64,000 nucleotides of DNA from Escherichia coli 042 (GTDB taxonomy: Bacteria; Pseudomonadota; Gammaproteobacteria; Enterobacterales; Enterobacteriaceae): NCBI RefSeq assembly GCF_000027125.1, contig NC_017626.1; one strand, given 5' to 3'. A program made the translations under genes and the position numbers. Below are positions 27,317 through 46,276 of this stretch, piece by piece (the stretch's first letter is position 1; each line of letters opens with the position of its first letter). Under the pieces are notes generated by a model, which did no database searches, was not told the origin of the DNA, and was given only the letters and a program-made list of their open reading frames with translations.

Positions 27317-27961
27317 TCAAAATCCAAGACTATCCAACAAATCGTCCACCTGATCCTGACTGGCTACCACACCGGCTTTGCTGGTATCGACCTGAGGTCC
27401 ATTAAGCAAACTCTGGTTTTCACGTTTTGGACGCGACTCCTGTTCGGGGATGTTTTCCAACAGCACCATCAGCAACTGACGTTCGATCTCCTGAATGACA
27501 TCCATCATCCGCTTAATGACCTGTCCGGTGAGATCCTGAAAATCCTGCGCCATCATGATTTCCAGCAGCTGCGCGTTAGTAAAGCTGGTATGCGCGGGGA
27601 CATCTGCCAGAAATTGCCGCGTATCTGTTACCAGTTCTCGGGCGTCGGCAAGGTCAATCGGATCGGCAAACCAGTCATCCCAACGTTGGGTTAACGCTTT
27701 TGCTGATTTCTCCATTTGATCCTGATGCGGTTGTGACGCCTCAACACTGTTCAGCGCCCGCTCCGCAGCCTGGGCGGTCATCTGCACAACATAGTACAAA
27801 CGATCGCGCGCATCGGGGATGGCTTCCGCCGCTTCGGCAATGGCCTGATCCAGCCCCAGCTCCCGCAAACTGTCGCGCAGCATACGCGTCAGGCTGCCGA
27901 TGCGCGCAATGATATCGCCAGCTGAATGCTCGTCAGCAGGTTTGATTGATGGTTGCATCAT
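27317..27961 (-). CDS. cheZ: CheY-P phosphatase CheZ
   Basis: 214 aa from [22 protein letters not shown]. Confidence 0.95.
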
Positions 27962-27971
27962 AGTCGCATCC

Positions 27972-29425
<1,454 letters not shown>

Positions 29426-29427
29426 CG

Positions 29428-30288
29428 TTAATCCTTACTTAGCGCATACACCGTCTGACCACGCAGCGTGAAGCGGCGCTCAAGGTGGCTAAAGTTTTCA
29501 GAGTGACCCGCAAACAGCAATCCGTCGGGTTTAAGGAGCGGAACAAAGCGGCGCAAAATCTCCTGCTGGGTAGTTTGATCGAAGTAGATCATGACGTTAC
29601 GACAGAAGATCGCATCAAACGGCCCCGGCACGGTGTACTGTTTCGCCAGTAAATTCAGCGGGGCAAAATCAACATAATTCGCCAATTCCTGACGCACGCG
29701 TACCAGCCCTTCATGCGGTCCCGTCCCTCGCATGAAGTACCGCTGCAGTTGCTGCGGCGTCAGATTTTTCAGCTCTTCATGGCGATAAATACCGCTTCTG
29801 GCTTTTTCCAGCACCTCGGTGTCGATATCACTGGCAAACACTTTCCAGCGTCCGGGCACGGTGCCCAATGTGTCAGCCAGCGTCATCGCAATGCTGTACG
29901 GCTCTTCGCCGGTCGAAGCCGCCGCGCTCCATACGCGATACTCGCCAGAACGACGCCGGGCGTGATCCGCGAGCAGAGGAAAATGATGCGCCTCACGGAA
30001 AAAAGCCGTCAGATTCGTGGTCAGCGAATTGATAAACGCCTGCCACTCACCGCTGTGCTGATTAGATTCCAGCAAGTTCAGGTAATGGCCGAAATCCGTC
30101 AGTCCCAGCGAACGCAAACGACGAACCAGTCGGTTGTAAACCATGTCGCGTTTATGGTCGGCCAGGACGATCCCGGCTCGTTGATAGATCAATTGACTTA
30201 TCCGCCGAAAATGCGCGTCGGAAAGCGCCAGGCGCTCGGTCATCTGTAACAATAAAGACGTTTGCCCACAGGGCAGAGATGAAGTCAT
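29428..30288 (-). CDS. cheR: chemotaxis methyltransferase CheR
   Basis: 286 aa. Confidence 0.96.
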   Translation of the reverse strand: MTSSLPCGQTSLLLQMTERLALSDAHFRRISQLIYQRAGIVLADHKRDMVYNRLVRRLRSLGLTDFGHYLNLLESNQHSGEWQAFINSLTTNLTAFFREAHHFPLLADHARRRSGEYRVWSAAASTGEEPYSIAMTLADTLGTVPGRWKVFASDIDTEVLEKARSGIYRHEELKNLTPQQLQRYFMRGTGPHEGLVRVRQELANYVDFAPLNLLAKQYTVPGPFDAIFCRNVMIYFDQTTQQEILRRFVPLLKPDGLLFAGHSENFSHLERRFTLRGQTVYALSKD

Positions 30289-30306
30289 AGCGCCTTCTCA
30301 ATCACT

Positions 30307-31908
30307 TCAGGATACCACTGGCGCAATATGTAACTGCGCCGACTCATGTCGTGCTACTTCATGTTCTTCAAGGGTAAATACCGCCACACGCGACGAAAGA
30401 TGGTCAGCCTGGTTCGCCAGTTGTTCCGTTGCCGCCGCCGCTTCTTCTACCAGCGAGGCGTTCTGCTGTGTCACCTGATCCATCTGGCTGACAGCCTGCG
30501 CAACCTGCTCAATCCCCCGCCGTTGTTCTTCCGAGGCCGAAGCAATTTCTCCCATAATGTCGTTCACGCGGGTCACCGAACTGACAATATCAGTCATGGT
30601 CGCGGCGGCGTTATTCACCAGTTTCGAACCCTGCTGGACACGATTGACTGACTCTTCGATCAGCCCTTTGATCTCTTTTGCTGCCTGGGCGCTACGGCTG
30701 GCAAGATTGCGCACTTCACCTGCCACTACCGCAAAACCACGCCCCTGCTCTCCGGCGCGAGCCGCTTCCACTGCCGCATTCAGGGCCAGAATATTGGTCT
30801 GGAAAGCAATGCCGTCGATAACGCTGATAATGTCGCCAATTTTTTGCGAGCTGGTGGCGATCTCCTGCATGGTGTGAGTCATGGTACTGACCTGAACACC
30901 GCCCGCCTGCGCCGTTGTCGCGGCATTTTTTGCCAGTTCCGACGCCTGGCGCGCGTTATCGGCGTTTTGCCCTACCGTGGCGGTTAATTGCTCCATACTG
31001 GCGGCCGTTTGTGCCAGCGATGCCGCCTGCTGTTCGGTACGACTTGAGAGATCGTTATTGCCTGCGACAATCTCCGCGATACCAATGTGCATCTCCTGGC
31101 TTCCCTTACGCACATCACTTACCGTCCCACGCAAAGCCTGCTGCATGGTCTTCAGACTGGCAAAAATGGCGGTGATCTCATTGCGACCATATACCGCAAT
31201 CGGACGCGCCAGATTACCCGCAGCAATGCTGTCAAAATGGCTACCGATAATGGCCAGTGGTTGAACAATCATCTTGCGCGTCCACCACAGCGCACTGCTG
31301 ATGTAGATCGCCGCAACAATAATCATGCTGATAAACACCAGCGCCGAAATCTGATAGTTACGCTGGCTTTGCGCACTGGCAGCTTCCAGCACATGGTTGA
31401 TCTCCTGCTGCCAGGCCTCAAAGTTAACGTCAAACGCATTCTGTGATTCCTGCACCGGCGCAGTGAGGAAATCCGAAAGTTGATTACTTTCAAGCCAGGT
31501 CGCCTGATGTTCGAGATCGTTGTGCCAGCGGGCAAAACTTTTCTCCGTCTCTTTTTGCAACGCCCTGACGTGCTCGTAGCCCGCAGTCATCGCCATAAAA
31601 CTTTTAAACAGCGTGGTGGATTGCGTCAGACTGGCGCGCGCCGTCGTCATCAACGTTTTAATGTCATCCGCCGGATAGCTAAGCGCCGTCAGAGTGCCCG
31701 CTTTGTTCAGCGCGGTACTGGCCTGTAACATTACCGCCCGAGTTTGCGCTAATGCCGCACGTTGCTGATTGCTCTGCTCGACCTGATTCAGTCGTTGCAA
31801 ATCGTCGCGAAATGCCCAAAAAGACATGCCGTTACTGCCAATCTGCAAGATCCCGCAGAGAATCAAAATTAAAAACAGCGTGGTCGAAATTCGAATACGA
31901 TTAAACAT
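30307..31908 (-). CDS. tap: methyl-accepting chemotaxis protein IV (dipeptide/pyrimidine), Tap
   Basis: 533 aa; C-terminal NWETF-less MCP signalling domain; second MCP directly downstream of tar. Confidence 0.93.
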   Translation of the reverse strand: MFNRIRISTTLFLILILCGILQIGSNGMSFWAFRDDLQRLNQVEQSNQQRAALAQTRAVMLQASTALNKAGTLTALSYPADDIKTLMTTARASLTQSTTLFKSFMAMTAGYEHVRALQKETEKSFARWHNDLEHQATWLESNQLSDFLTAPVQESQNAFDVNFEAWQQEINHVLEAASAQSQRNYQISALVFISMIIVAAIYISSALWWTRKMIVQPLAIIGSHFDSIAAGNLARPIAVYGRNEITAIFASLKTMQQALRGTVSDVRKGSQEMHIGIAEIVAGNNDLSSRTEQQAASLAQTAASMEQLTATVGQNADNARQASELAKNAATTAQAGGVQVSTMTHTMQEIATSSQKIGDIISVIDGIAFQTNILALNAAVEAARAGEQGRGFAVVAGEVRNLASRSAQAAKEIKGLIEESVNRVQQGSKLVNNAAATMTDIVSSVTRVNDIMGEIASASEEQRRGIEQVAQAVSQMDQVTQQNASLVEEAAAATEQLANQADHLSSRVAVFTLEEHEVARHESAQLHIAPVVS

Positions 31909-31953
31909 CAACGCTCCCCATCAGGCGGCAATGACCGCGTTAGTAAAAACTCG

Positions 31954-33615
31954 TCAAAATGTTTCCCAGTTTGGATCTTGTTCAGTAATTCGCAGTCGTG
32001 GCTGTGCCGGTGGTTGCTCACTGGCAGGACGGGATGGTGTTTGCGGTTTATTGGTGAGTGGGCTGGCTGCCAGACGGAACGCGGAAACCGCTTGCGTTAA
32101 ACGACTCGCCTGTTCTTCCAGCGCAGCTGCGGCGGCAGCTGATTCCTGCACCAGCGATGCGTTCTGTTGCGTGACGCGATCCATTTCCGAAACCGCCAAT
32201 GCGACTTGATCGATGCCACGGCTCTGTTCATCCGATGCCGATGCAATCTCGCCCATAATGTCAGTCACGCGAGTGACAGCATTGACGATATTGTTCATTG
32301 TTTCCCCGGCGCTTTCGACCAGCACCGAACCGGTATCAACGCGCGAGACGGAGTCTTCAATGAGGGCTTTGATCTCTTTTGCCGCCTGGGCGCTGCGACT
32401 GGCAAGATTACGCACTTCGCCCGCCACCACGGCAAAACCACGGCCTTGTTCACCCGCTCGTGCGGCTTCAACAGCGGCATTCAGCGCGAGGATATTAGTC
32501 TGGAAGGCAATACCATCGATAACGCTGATAATGTCGGCAATTTTCTTCGAACTATCGGCGATCTCATGCATCGTTTTCACTACGCCATCCACCACTTTGC
32601 CGCCGTGCTGGGCGGTGTCGGAGGCACTTTGCGCCAGTTGCGAGGCCTGGCGGGCGTTATCGGCGTTTTGCTTCACTGTCGCGGTGAGCTGCTCCATGCT
32701 GGCGGCAGTTTCTTCCAGCGCGGATGCCTGCTGTTCAGTACGGGAGGAAAGATCGGTGTTGCCCGCCGCAATTTCACGGGTACCGGCATAGATGGCATCT
32801 GAACCTTCACGCACATGAGTGACGGTGTCAGTCAATGAGCGTTGCATATGTGAAACGCTCTGCGCCAGGTCGCCCATTTCACTGCGCCCGTCAATGGTCA
32901 GGGTATTCGCCAGGTTACCACCGGCGATTTCGCGAATGTGAGCAATAATTTTTGCCAGCGGCGTAAGCAACATACGGCGAATGCCGTACCACGCCACCAG
33001 CAGAATCAATACCACCACCAGCGCAATAACCGCCAGTTGCCACTGGGCAAATCGGTAATCATCTGCGTTGTCAGTGACGATATCGCGATACAGTTTTTCA
33101 CTGCTGAGGGCGTACTGAGCAAACGCTTCGCCCATTGCATTTTGCATTCCCTGGGTTGGCTGAGCGAAATAAGCTCCAGTATTGCCATAATCAAGATAAT
33201 CAATCAGTTCAGTTAACGCTGTGTGATAGTTTTTATATTTTTCATCAATATTACGACTGGTAGCGACCATTTCAGGTAACGGTGCCATGCTTTTGAATTT
33301 TTTATAATGAGTCGCTGCCTGGGCCAATGTTTTCCTGGCGCTATCGAGCAATTCAACTTTGGCGTTACTTTGTTGATTTGAGGAATCCATCATCATCCGT
33401 ACCGCTGAACGACTCAGGTTAATGCGCGTTTGCAGCATTAAATCCCAGGTTGACGTCAGCTCGCCCTGCTGTTCCCGTAATTGATTGGAAACCACAAAGC
33501 TCTTCTGGCTATGGTGAAGGGAAGAAAAAAACAGACTGCCGGAAATAAGCTGTAACAGTGCGAATACCCCCAGCACCATTACCAACAGCGTGACTACGCG
33601 GATACGGTTAATCAT
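31954..33615 (-). CDS. tar: methyl-accepting chemotaxis protein II (aspartate/maltose), Tar
   Basis: 553 aa from [18 protein letters not shown]; C-terminal NWETF pentapeptide. Confidence 0.95.
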   Translation of the reverse strand: MINRIRVVTLLVMVLGVFALLQLISGSLFFSSLHHSQKSFVVSNQLREQQGELTSTWDLMLQTRINLSRSAVRMMMDSSNQQSNAKVELLDSARKTLAQAATHYKKFKSMAPLPEMVATSRNIDEKYKNYHTALTELIDYLDYGNTGAYFAQPTQGMQNAMGEAFAQYALSSEKLYRDIVTDNADDYRFAQWQLAVIALVVVLILLVAWYGIRRMLLTPLAKIIAHIREIAGGNLANTLTIDGRSEMGDLAQSVSHMQRSLTDTVTHVREGSDAIYAGTREIAAGNTDLSSRTEQQASALEETAASMEQLTATVKQNADNARQASQLAQSASDTAQHGGKVVDGVVKTMHEIADSSKKIADIISVIDGIAFQTNILALNAAVEAARAGEQGRGFAVVAGEVRNLASRSAQAAKEIKALIEDSVSRVDTGSVLVESAGETMNNIVNAVTRVTDIMGEIASASDEQSRGIDQVALAVSEMDRVTQQNASLVQESAAAAAALEEQASRLTQAVSAFRLAASPLTNKPQTPSRPASEQPPAQPRLRITEQDPNWETF

Positions 33616-33646
33616 AAGGCACCTTCCTGAAAACAAGTTGATCTCG

Positions 33647-33673
33647 TTATCGGCAAGGAGGGGGGAAACTTTA
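33647..33673 (-). promoter_or_regulatory. sigma-28 (FliA) class 3 promoter of the tar-tap-cheRBYZ operon
   Basis: On the minus strand reads TAAAGTTT-N11-GCCGATAA, a perfect match to the sigma-28 consensus, about 30 bp upstream of the tar start. Confidence 0.85.
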
Positions 33674-33759
33674 TTGCTGATGCCACCCGCCGCGAAACTG
33701 AAATAAAAAACCCGATGCGCAGGTCATCGGGTTCATTGCAATTGAGGAAATCAGGAGAA

Positions 33760-34263
33760 TTACGCCACTTCTGACGCCGCGCTATCTAACAGCGCCATCT
33801 CTTCGCTGTTCAGCAGTTTTTCGATGTTCACCAGAATCAACATGCGGTCACCCAGTGCGCCCAGTCCAGTGAGATATTCTGTTGAAAGCGTCACGGCAAA
33901 TTCCGGTGCCGGACGAATTTGCTCCGCCGTCAATGACAGCACATCTGAGACGCCGTCAACCACGATGCCGACCACCCGCTGTCCGAGATTCAGGACGATA
34001 ACTACCGTGTTGTCGTTATAGTCCACATCCACCTGGCTGAACTTAATTCGTAAGTCAACAATCGGCACAATAACACCGCGCAGATTCGTGACGCCTTTGA
34101 TAAACGCTGGCGTGTTCGCAATCCGTGTTACCTGATCATAGCCACGGATCTCCTGCACTTTCAGAATATCAATACCGTACTCTTCATCACCAAGGGTAAA
34201 TACCAGAAATTCCTGGCCTGACGGCTCGCTGGCCAGCTTTGTTACATTCGTCATACCGGTCAT
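33760..34263 (-). CDS. cheW: chemotaxis coupling protein CheW
   Basis: 167 aa, [25 protein letters not shown]. Confidence 0.96.
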
Positions 34264-34283
34264 ATTGTTACCTTTTTACTCAT

Positions 34284-37175
<2,892 letters not shown>

Positions 37176-37179
<4 letters not shown>

Positions 37180-38063
37180 GCTTCCTCGGTTGTCGTCTGT
37201 TGTTGCGGATTTTTCACCGCACGCACATGCTCTTCCAGTTCAATAAACGATGGACGTTCGCTGGAATAGAGCGTTTTGCGACCAAACTCAACGGCGATAG
37301 GCGGTGCGTAACCGTTCAGATTAGAAAGCAGTGTGACTTTGACGCACTGCATCATTTTGCTGGTTTCGGCGCTTTTCTGACGTAAAACACTCGCTAATGG
37401 GGAAATAAATCCGTAAGCCAATAAAATACCGAGGAAAGTCCCCACCATCGCATGTGCGATAAGCGCCCCCAGCTCGGCGGCAGGACGATCGGCTGAACCT
37501 AACGCGTGAACGACCCCCATCACAGCCGCGACAATACCAAACGCCGGAAGTGAGTCCCCGACCAGCGCCAGACTGTTCGCCGGGACTTCTGCCTCGCTTT
37601 CGTGCGTCTCAATCTCTTCATCCATCAGGGCTTCGATTTCGAAGGTGTTCATGTGACCGCTGATAATCAGACGCAGATAATCGACGATAAAATCAAGCAT
37701 GACGCTATCCGCAAGGATGCGTGGGTAGCTGGCGAAGATCTCGCTCTCACGGGGATTTTCAATATCACGTTCCAGCGAAAACATCCCCATCTGCCGCGAT
37801 TTCGCCATCAACCGATAAAGCAGAGCCAGCAGATCCATATACATTGCTTTGGTATATTTGGAGCGACGAAACAGCAACGGCAGCGCCTTCAGCGTACCTT
37901 TAATCGCTTTGCCATTATTGCCGACGATAAACGACCCAATCCCTGCACCGGCAATAATCACCAGTTCAGCGGGTTGATAGAGTGCTCCAAGGCTTCCACC
38001 GGTCATCAAATAACCGCCGAAAACTGTACCGAGAACAACCAGGTAACCTAATAAGATAAGCAC
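37176..38063 (-). CDS. motA: flagellar motor stator protein MotA
   Basis: 295 aa; GTG start (plus-strand cac at 38061-38063); 4-nt overlap with motB. Confidence 0.95.
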
Positions 38064-38131
38064 GACATCATCCTTCCACTGTTGACCATGACAGGATGTT
38101 CAGCCGTCAGACGTTAACGCGCGATTGGGGC

Positions 38132-38163
38132 AAAAAAAGCAGCGGTACGTCGTTACCGCTGCT
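38132..38163 (-). terminator. rho-independent terminator downstream of flhC
   Basis: agcagcggta-acgacg-taccgctgct hairpin with a T run on the minus strand. Confidence 0.7.
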
Positions 38164-38188
38164 GGAATGTTTCGCCACACCGTATCAG

Positions 38189-38767
38189 TTAAACAGCCTG
38201 TACTCTCTGTTCATCCAGCAGTTGTGGGATAATATCGGCAGGATTCTGGGAAAGTTTACGTCTTTTTACTGCCCGGGATGGCGGCTGACATAAGCTGCAG
38301 GCAAAGCTGCCAACAGGCTGGTGAGCGTGGGTAATAAAATTGCCGCCGCAGCAGTTGCAGCTGGAAAGTTGCAGTAATCCACTTTCAACAAACCGCACCA
38401 ATGTCCAGGCACGGGTTAATGCCAGCAGCGGTCCGTCTTCTGGTTGCGGGCACTGTTCAAGGTATAAACGGTAGGCTTTGATCACCGCATCGACGCCATT
38501 ACACAAACCGGTTTTCAGTAAAAACTGCCATGCGTTACAGAACATCGAAGCATGAACGTTTTGTTCCCAGGTCATAAACCAGTCGGTTGAGAATGGCAGC
38601 ATGCCTTTCGGCGGTGGGCTTCCGCGCAGTTCTTTATAGAGTTTTATCAGGCGTCCGCGGCTTAACTGTGTTTCGCTTTCCAGCATCTGCAAACGAGCGC
38701 CCAGGGTGATCAATTCCATTGCCAGCTGAATATCCCGCGCTTTCTGAACAATGCTTTTTTCACTCAT
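38189..38767 (-). CDS. flhC: flagellar master regulator subunit FlhC
   Basis: 192 aa, [27 protein letters not shown]; zinc-binding Cys cluster. Confidence 0.97.
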   Translation of the reverse strand: MSEKSIVQKARDIQLAMELITLGARLQMLESETQLSRGRLIKLYKELRGSPPPKGMLPFSTDWFMTWEQNVHASMFCNAWQFLLKTGLCNGVDAVIKAYRLYLEQCPQPEDGPLLALTRAWTLVRFVESGLLQLSSCNCCGGNFITHAHQPVGSFACSLCQPPSRAVKRRKLSQNPADIIPQLLDEQRVQAV

Positions 38768-38769
38768 GA

Positions 38770-39120
38770 TCAGGCCCTTTTCTTGCGCAGCGCTTCTTCA
38801 GGCTGATTAACATCATTCAGCAAGCGTGTTGAGAGCATGATGCCGGTATGAATTTGCTGGAGATCGTCAACGCGGGAATCTTGCGTCAACTGAGTAATCG
38901 TCTGGTGGCTGTCAAAACGAAAGTGACAAACCAGTTGATTGGTTTCTGCCAGCTTAACCATTTGCGGAAGAGTCAGTGCCGCTAACGTTGTCGCCATTTC
39001 TTCATTTATGCCGAGACGAAACATTGCGGACGCTTTGTCCTGAACAATCAGACGCTGTGCAAGTAGTAAATATGACAAGTTGATGTCATAAATGTGTTTC
39101 AGCAACTCGGAGGTATGCAT
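38770..39120 (-). CDS. flhD: flagellar master regulator subunit FlhD
   Basis: 116 aa from [20 protein letters not shown] (a 119-aa version would start at 39129). Confidence 0.93.
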
Positions 39121-39900
39121 TATTCCCACCCAGAATAACCAACTTTATTTTTATGCGGTCTCACCGCACCCCGTGATGTCGCCGGGAAGCCCCGGTAAAA
39201 AATAATTAGCATTAGAATAGTTGCGATAAGCTGCAACAGGCAGAGCCCCTTTTTTGGATTTAATAAGTCCTCACAAATAGAAGGGGCTCTTTACACTTAT
39301 CTAAGATTTTTCCTAAATCGACGCAACTGTACTCGTCACTACACGCACATACAACGGAGGGGGGCTGCGATTTTCAATAATGTGTGATGCAGATCACACA
39401 AAACACTCAATTACTTAACATAAATGTATAAGTCATACTTTTGTTTTGGGTGTATTTCAATCTGTTAAAAAGTTTTTCGCAACGCTAGCAAGCAAAAATG
39501 AAACAGGAATAATCGAAATGGGATGTTGCGCACAGTTAAAATAACTCACCGTAAATAATCATCTGCTATAAATAATCACTTTCATGCAATACCAGATAAG
39601 CTATTTTTAAACAGACACTTACCGCACAACAAACTAATTAAATACAAAGAAAGGCAACAATCAACTTAATGTTAATAAAATGTTTTACATATATTAACCA
39701 CTTGTTTAATATGGAGAATCAGTACATTATTTTCTTATAATTACAGTTGAAATCATATGATCACCGAGAGTGATTGATTAATTGTCTTTACTAATAATCA
39801 GACTAATATTTACCTGTTTGACTGAGTTGGGATTGCGTCGTTTCTCCATTAGGAGTAAAGCTTTAATGTCACCTGAAGTTCACAGAATAAGGAACAGGTT
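39121..39900. promoter_or_regulatory. flhDC class 1 control region (divergent from uspC); no IS element present
   Basis: About 780 bp, AT-rich intergenic region with no transposase ORF and no inverted repeats. Confidence 0.7.
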
Positions 39901-40329
39901 ATGAGCTATAGCAATATTCTTGTCGCCGTTGCGGTTACACCGGAAAGTCAGCAACTGCTGGCAAAAGCGGTATCTATCGCCAGGCCAGTAAAGGGACACA
40001 TCAGTTTAATTACTCTCGCGTCCGACCCGGAAATGTACAATCAATTAGCTGCGCCGATGCTTGAAGATTTACGCAGCGTGATGCAGGAAGAAACGCAAAG
40101 CTTTCTTGATAAGTTAATTCAGGATGCGGGGTATCCCGTTGACAAGACGTTTATTGCCTACGGTGAGTTAAGCGAACATATTCTGGAAGTTTGTCGCAAA
40201 TATCATTTCGATTTGGTGATTTGCGGTAATCACAATCACAGTTTCTTTTCGCGAGCATCCTGCTCGGCGAAAAGAGTGATTGCCTCAAGTGAGGTCGATG
40301 TGCTGTTAGTTCCACTTACGGGAGATTAA
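39901..40329 (+). CDS. uspC: universal stress protein C
   Basis: 142 aa, MSYSNILVAVAVTPESQQLLAKAVSIARP. Confidence 0.93.
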   Translation: MSYSNILVAVAVTPESQQLLAKAVSIARPVKGHISLITLASDPEMYNQLAAPMLEDLRSVMQEETQSFLDKLIQDAGYPVDKTFIAYGELSEHILEVCRKYHFDLVICGNHNHSFFSRASCSAKRVIASSEVDVLLVPLTGD

Positions 40330-40335
40330 CCGCAC

Positions 40336-43688
<3,353 letters not shown>

Positions 43689-43702
43689 CATACTCTCCTT
43701 AC

Positions 43703-45217
43703 TCAGGCAACTGCCTGGCTGACTTTAGGCATCGCAAGGCTTAATGCCTGACGCTCATCTGCCTGCTCGTGTAACAATTCACCGGCGATTTCGCCTTCGC
43801 GCATCACCACAATCCGGTCGGCAACGCCGAGGACTTCAGGTAAGTCGCTGGAGGCAAACAGCACCGCCACGCCCTGCGCTGCCAGCGCATAAATTACGTT
43901 GTAAATTTCATGCTTAGCACCAACATCAATGCCGCGCGTAGGTTCATCCAGCAAAATGACCTTCATCTCTTCCGATAACCAGCGGCCCAGAATGGCTTTT
44001 TGCTGATTTCCACCTGAGAGATTCATAATCAGTTGCTCAGCGCCCGGCGTTTTGATATTGAGCGAACGAATGTGGTGATCGGCATTGTTTTCTTCCCAAC
44101 CGTTGTTGATTACACAACCGCCGAGCACATGTTTGCGTCTGGCACTGATGTTGATATTGTCGCGAACGGAGTGCACAGGAATAATGCCTTCGGCTTTGCG
44201 ATCTTCCGGGCAGAGCATCATGCCTGCGGCAATGGCGTGGCTCGGTTTACGAATATCGATCGGCTGTTGGTCGATATAAACCTGACCGGCGGTGATTTGC
44301 GTACCGCCAAACATGCCTTTCATTAATTCGCTACGCCCTGCCCCGACCAGACCAAACAGACCGACAATTTCTCCACTGCGAACCGCCAGACTTATTGGCG
44401 TACGCACGCCTGGTGCTTTCACAGCATCAAGACGCAGGCGCTCCTCGCCATAACTACGCGGTTGCCAGCCGTAGATATCGCCAATGTCGCGCCCGACCAT
44501 CGCCTGCACCAGCGCGTCGTGATCAACCTGCTGCATATCGGTAAAGGTTTTGACATAACGTCCATCTTTAAAGACAGTGATGGCATCGCTGAGGGCAAAT
44601 ATTTCTTCCATACGGTGAGAAACGTATAAGATCACCCGCCCCTCTTTTCGCAGTTCACGAATAACGCGGAAAAGATTGTCGATTTCGCGGGCAGAAAGGG
44701 AGCTGGTTGGCTCATCAAAGGCGATAATTTTAGCGTTACGCGCCAGCGCCTTGGCGATTTCAACCATCTGCCACTGACCAATGGAGAGATATTTCAGCGG
44801 CGTGTCCGGGTCAATATCCATACCAAGATGTTTAAGTTGTAAACCCGCCTCATAATTCAGCAATGAGCGATTCACAATGCCGCCTTTATGCGGCAGCTGG
44901 CCGAGATAGATGTTTTCCGCGACGGTCATTTCCGGCACGAGATGCAGTTCCTGGTAAATAATCGCCACACCCGCGTTAAGTGCTGCGGTTGTGTCGGAAA
45001 AGGACATTTCCTGCCCATTAATCACTACAGAACCCGTGGTTGGCGCATAGTTGCCGCTGAGGATTTTTAAGAGAGTTGATTTTCCTGCGCCATTTTCACC
45101 CATCAACGCATGAACCTGACCGGCATAGCAGTCAAAACTAATATCCGTCAGCGCCTTAACGCCGGGAAACGTTTTACCGATGCCGCGAAATGAGAGATAC
45201 GGGGTAGACTGTTGCAT
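43703..45217 (-). CDS. araG: L-arabinose ABC transporter ATP-binding protein (duplicated ABC domains)
   Basis: 504 aa from [28 protein letters not shown]; two Walker A motifs; the ORF track over-extends by 15 codons. Confidence 0.95.
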
Positions 45218-45286
45218 AACGTCTCCGTGAATCACTGGTCGTTCACACCCCCTCTGCATCATGCAGAGGGGAATTTTTTCGGCAGA

Positions 45287-46276
45287 TTACTTACCGCCTA
45301 ACCCTTTTTTCTCCAGTTCTTCTTTAAAGTTGTCACGCGTGATCAGCACCACGTCGGTAACTTCGGTGAATTTGGTCGGTTCAACACCTTTTGCGACCCA
45401 GTTGTAAAGCATTTCGCTGGACTTATAACCATGTACGTCCGGGCTTGGCAGCAGTGATCCGTAGAAGCCGGTTGCCTGTGCCTTAGACAGTTCGCTCACC
45501 GCATCCACACCGTTAATACCAATACCGATGATATCGGCTGCTTTAAAGCCTTGACCTTCCGTCGCGCGTACGCCGCCCAGCACGGTGCTGTCGTTCATAC
45601 CGACGATCAGCCAATGTTTAACTTCCGGATGTTGAACCAGCATTGAGTTGGCAGCGTCAAATGCCCCCGGGATGTCGTTAGATTTGGTAGGTACCTGATA
45701 AATTTGTTTTTCCGGGAATCCTGCAGCTTTCAGCGCATCCATAGAACCCGTAGTACGGCGACGAGCCGTATCCAGTTCGTTGGAGGTAATCGCCATCACC
45801 GCGCTTTCTTTGACATCCCAACCACGTTTCTGCATCTCTTTATACAGTTCCTGGCCCTGACGTTCGCCAATTTTGGTCGCTGCCATCATCACCAGCGGAA
45901 CGGTATCCATTGGCTTGCCTTTGGCGTTAACAAACTGGTCATCCACGGCAATGACTTTCATATCGTAGCCACGCGCTTTCGCCACGATGGCAGAGCCGAG
46001 TTTCGGGTCCGGAGTACAAATAACGAAACCTTTCGCGCCACTGGCAGCCAGGCTGTCGATAGCGTTCAATGTTTTTTCGCCATCCGGCACGGCAATCTTA
46101 ATAACTTCAAACCCTAAATCCTTCCCGGCTTTATCGGCAAACTTCCATTCGGTCTGGAACCACGGCTCTTCCGGTTGCTTCACCAGGAAACCGAGCTTCA
46201 GGTTCTCCGCCATAGCGGATTGTGACATAACGGCTGCCAGACCAATGGCTGCCAGGGCTTTAGTAAATTTGTGCAT
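45287..46276 (-). CDS. araF: L-arabinose-binding periplasmic protein
   Basis: 329 aa with signal peptide MHKFTKALAAIGLAAVMSQSAMA. Confidence 0.96.
   Translation of the reverse strand: MHKFTKALAAIGLAAVMSQSAMAENLKLGFLVKQPEEPWFQTEWKFADKAGKDLGFEVIKIAVPDGEKTLNAIDSLAASGAKGFVICTPDPKLGSAIVAKARGYDMKVIAVDDQFVNAKGKPMDTVPLVMMAATKIGERQGQELYKEMQKRGWDVKESAVMAITSNELDTARRRTTGSMDALKAAGFPEKQIYQVPTKSNDIPGAFDAANSMLVQHPEVKHWLIVGMNDSTVLGGVRATEGQGFKAADIIGIGINGVDAVSELSKAQATGFYGSLLPSPDVHGYKSSEMLYNWVAKGVEPTKFTEVTDVVLITRDNFKEELEKKGLGGK

Noticed and set aside
32167-32802. Two overlapping plus-strand ORFs (211 and 192 aa), antisense to tar
   Set aside because: Antisense artefact inside the tar signalling domain; similar antisense frames occur in tap, confirming a compositional effect.
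38064-38131. Possible sigma-28 promoter for motA in the flhC-motA intergenic region
   Set aside because: Only a weak TAACGTCT-like -35 and no convincing GCCGATAA -10 could be read by eye, so it is not annotated as a feature.
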